NCBI GenBank assembly: GCA_046563655.1
Contig: CM102289.1
Location: 8,680,001 to 8,744,000, forward strand
Reading direction: 5' to 3'
DNA: 64,000 nt
Source of the DNA: Yuukianura sp. NJ FZ-2021
Lineage: Eukaryota
Part shown: one piece after another, positions 52,161 through 64,000 of the stretch
How positions within the stretch are numbered: the stretch's first letter is position 1
Layout of the letters: the number at the start of each line of letters is the position of its first letter
The notes under the pieces: model-generated
Databases searched by the model: none
Told to the model about the DNA's origin: nothing
What the model saw: only the letters and a program-made list of their open reading frames with translations
Made by a program: the position numbers and the translations under genes

Positions 52161-52291
52161 AGGTCGTTAGCGCGAAAACAATAACCGCGAAATCGACAAG
52201 CTGGCAACACTGAGTCAACACTCCAACAAGATTCAGTTCCACTGTTGCCAGCGTGTTGAATTCGGGCTTATTGTTTTCGCGCAATTGACCT
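52161..52291. mobile_element. Palindromic MITE-like element, copy A
   Basis: AGGTCGTTAGCGCGAAAACAATAA..GGCAACA ... TGTTGCC..TTATTGTTTTCGCGCAATTGACCT; ~50-bp imperfect inverted arms. Confidence 0.65.
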
Positions 52292-52523
52292 ACTACGAAC
52301 TCAACACTACTAAAACTATAACCTAAACATAATCTAACTTAATTTAAGTTTAATTTAACTTTACATGACTTTGACTTTTAACTTAAATCTATTCTGCCTA
52401 AACTAACCTTAACATAATCAAAAGTTAACCTAACAAGAAAAAATAGGTTCAAAAACCTTCAGTCTTGAATCAAACAAAACTCGAAACATCGTGACTGTGA
52501 CAACTTTTAGCTTGTTTAACCGT

Positions 52524-52673
52524 AACAGGTCATTAGAGCGAAAACAATAAGTGCGAAATTAGCAAGTCGGCAACAGTGGAACTGAACCTTATTGGTGTAT
52601 AATGTTGGAGTGTAATTTAAGTGTTGCCAACTTTTGGAATTCGCGATTATTGTTTTCGCGATAATGACCTGTT
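52524..52673. mobile_element. Palindromic MITE-like element, copy B (opposite orientation to A)
   Basis: AACAGGTCATTAGAGCGAAAACAATAA ... TTATTGTTTTCGCGATAATGACCTGTT; its core GGCAACAGTGGAACTGAA is the reverse complement of the copy A core. Confidence 0.65.
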
Positions 52674-53008
52674 TAACTTTCTCCGTTGAGAGTCACATGC
52701 CTTATACTTATTATTATAATTTTATAACTGTTAGTTGTTTATAACCTTAACAAGTTTTAACAATTACGGGAGATTCTTGATTACATTATTGAAGTTCTAG
52801 TTCCACGAACTTAATCTGCGCCCTTCGCGCAAAATAGATTTGAAAATGTTTAAATTATGATAAAATACTTGTTGCAATCTAGTACTTGCTCTCCTACTTT
52901 TTCATGTCATCCTTAGCATTTTGTGTCAAAGTGTCCTAAGTTTTTAGTAGTTGGAGAATACACAATTGGAAATGACTGATGTGTTGTGTAAAGCTTGTGT
53001 TGTTGAAT

Positions 53009-63468
<10,460 letters not shown>

Positions 63469-64000
63469 CTGAAAGTGCTGAAGTTCCAAATTTAAAGTTG
63501 AAATTTGTCCAATTTTGAAAATTAGCGAAGATTGACCAACATGAAAAACAAATATTCAAAAGTTAAAAAACTGATTTGAAATTTTCAACTTAAAGAATTA
63601 ATTATTTATGAAAAAATGTATACGACGTATCACCATTTGACAACTTCCAGATTCAAAATTTTTAGCGATAATTTTTTTTTCCTTTTTCAAATCAAAATTT
63701 GAAAAACTTTTAGCCACTTTTCGTCGTTTTTCGAGTTTAGTATACAGTTTGCGGTGTTATTAAAATGAAACGAGAGGTGTGAATTAGGTTTTGAGATGAA
63801 AAGTGGTCTAGATAATTAATGTTCCATTTAAGTTGAGTAATCATGGCTCCCCTCTGCCTGATGGTTCCCCTTCAATGATTCATAGTTCTAGTCAAACCCC
63901 GCCACTCTTTAAATTTTGAACAGATTTGGACAATGGATGGGGAGAACTTGTGTCTTTTCATAATGCATTTGATTACCCCACCTCTCTTTCATGATGAAAA

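Overview
AT-rich, gene-dense eukaryotic window with short GT-AG introns, most likely an arthropod (inferred from gene content and intron style). In order: 5' part of a Na-K-2Cl cotransporter (SLC12A2/NKCC, -), IER3IP1/Yos1 (+), hnRNP M/MYEF2 (+), ADAL (+), Fem-1 (-), an internally deleted P-element with a THAP domain (+), a divergent Tim17/Tim22/Tim23-family gene (+), NFU1 (-), and two tandem groucho/TLE paralogues (-; the second runs off the right edge). Several MITE-like elements lie in introns and intergenic DNA. Best leads: (1) the two diverged groucho paralogues share a near-identical distal WD40 tract, consistent with local gene conversion; (2) the P derivative lacks its catalytic core but keeps all splice sites, so it could make a KP-like repressor or a THAP-C-terminal fusion; (3) the Tim22-like protein has a long Pro-rich N-terminus; (4) there are structured RNA hairpins in hnRNP M introns. 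All gene models were spliced by eye and no database searches were run.
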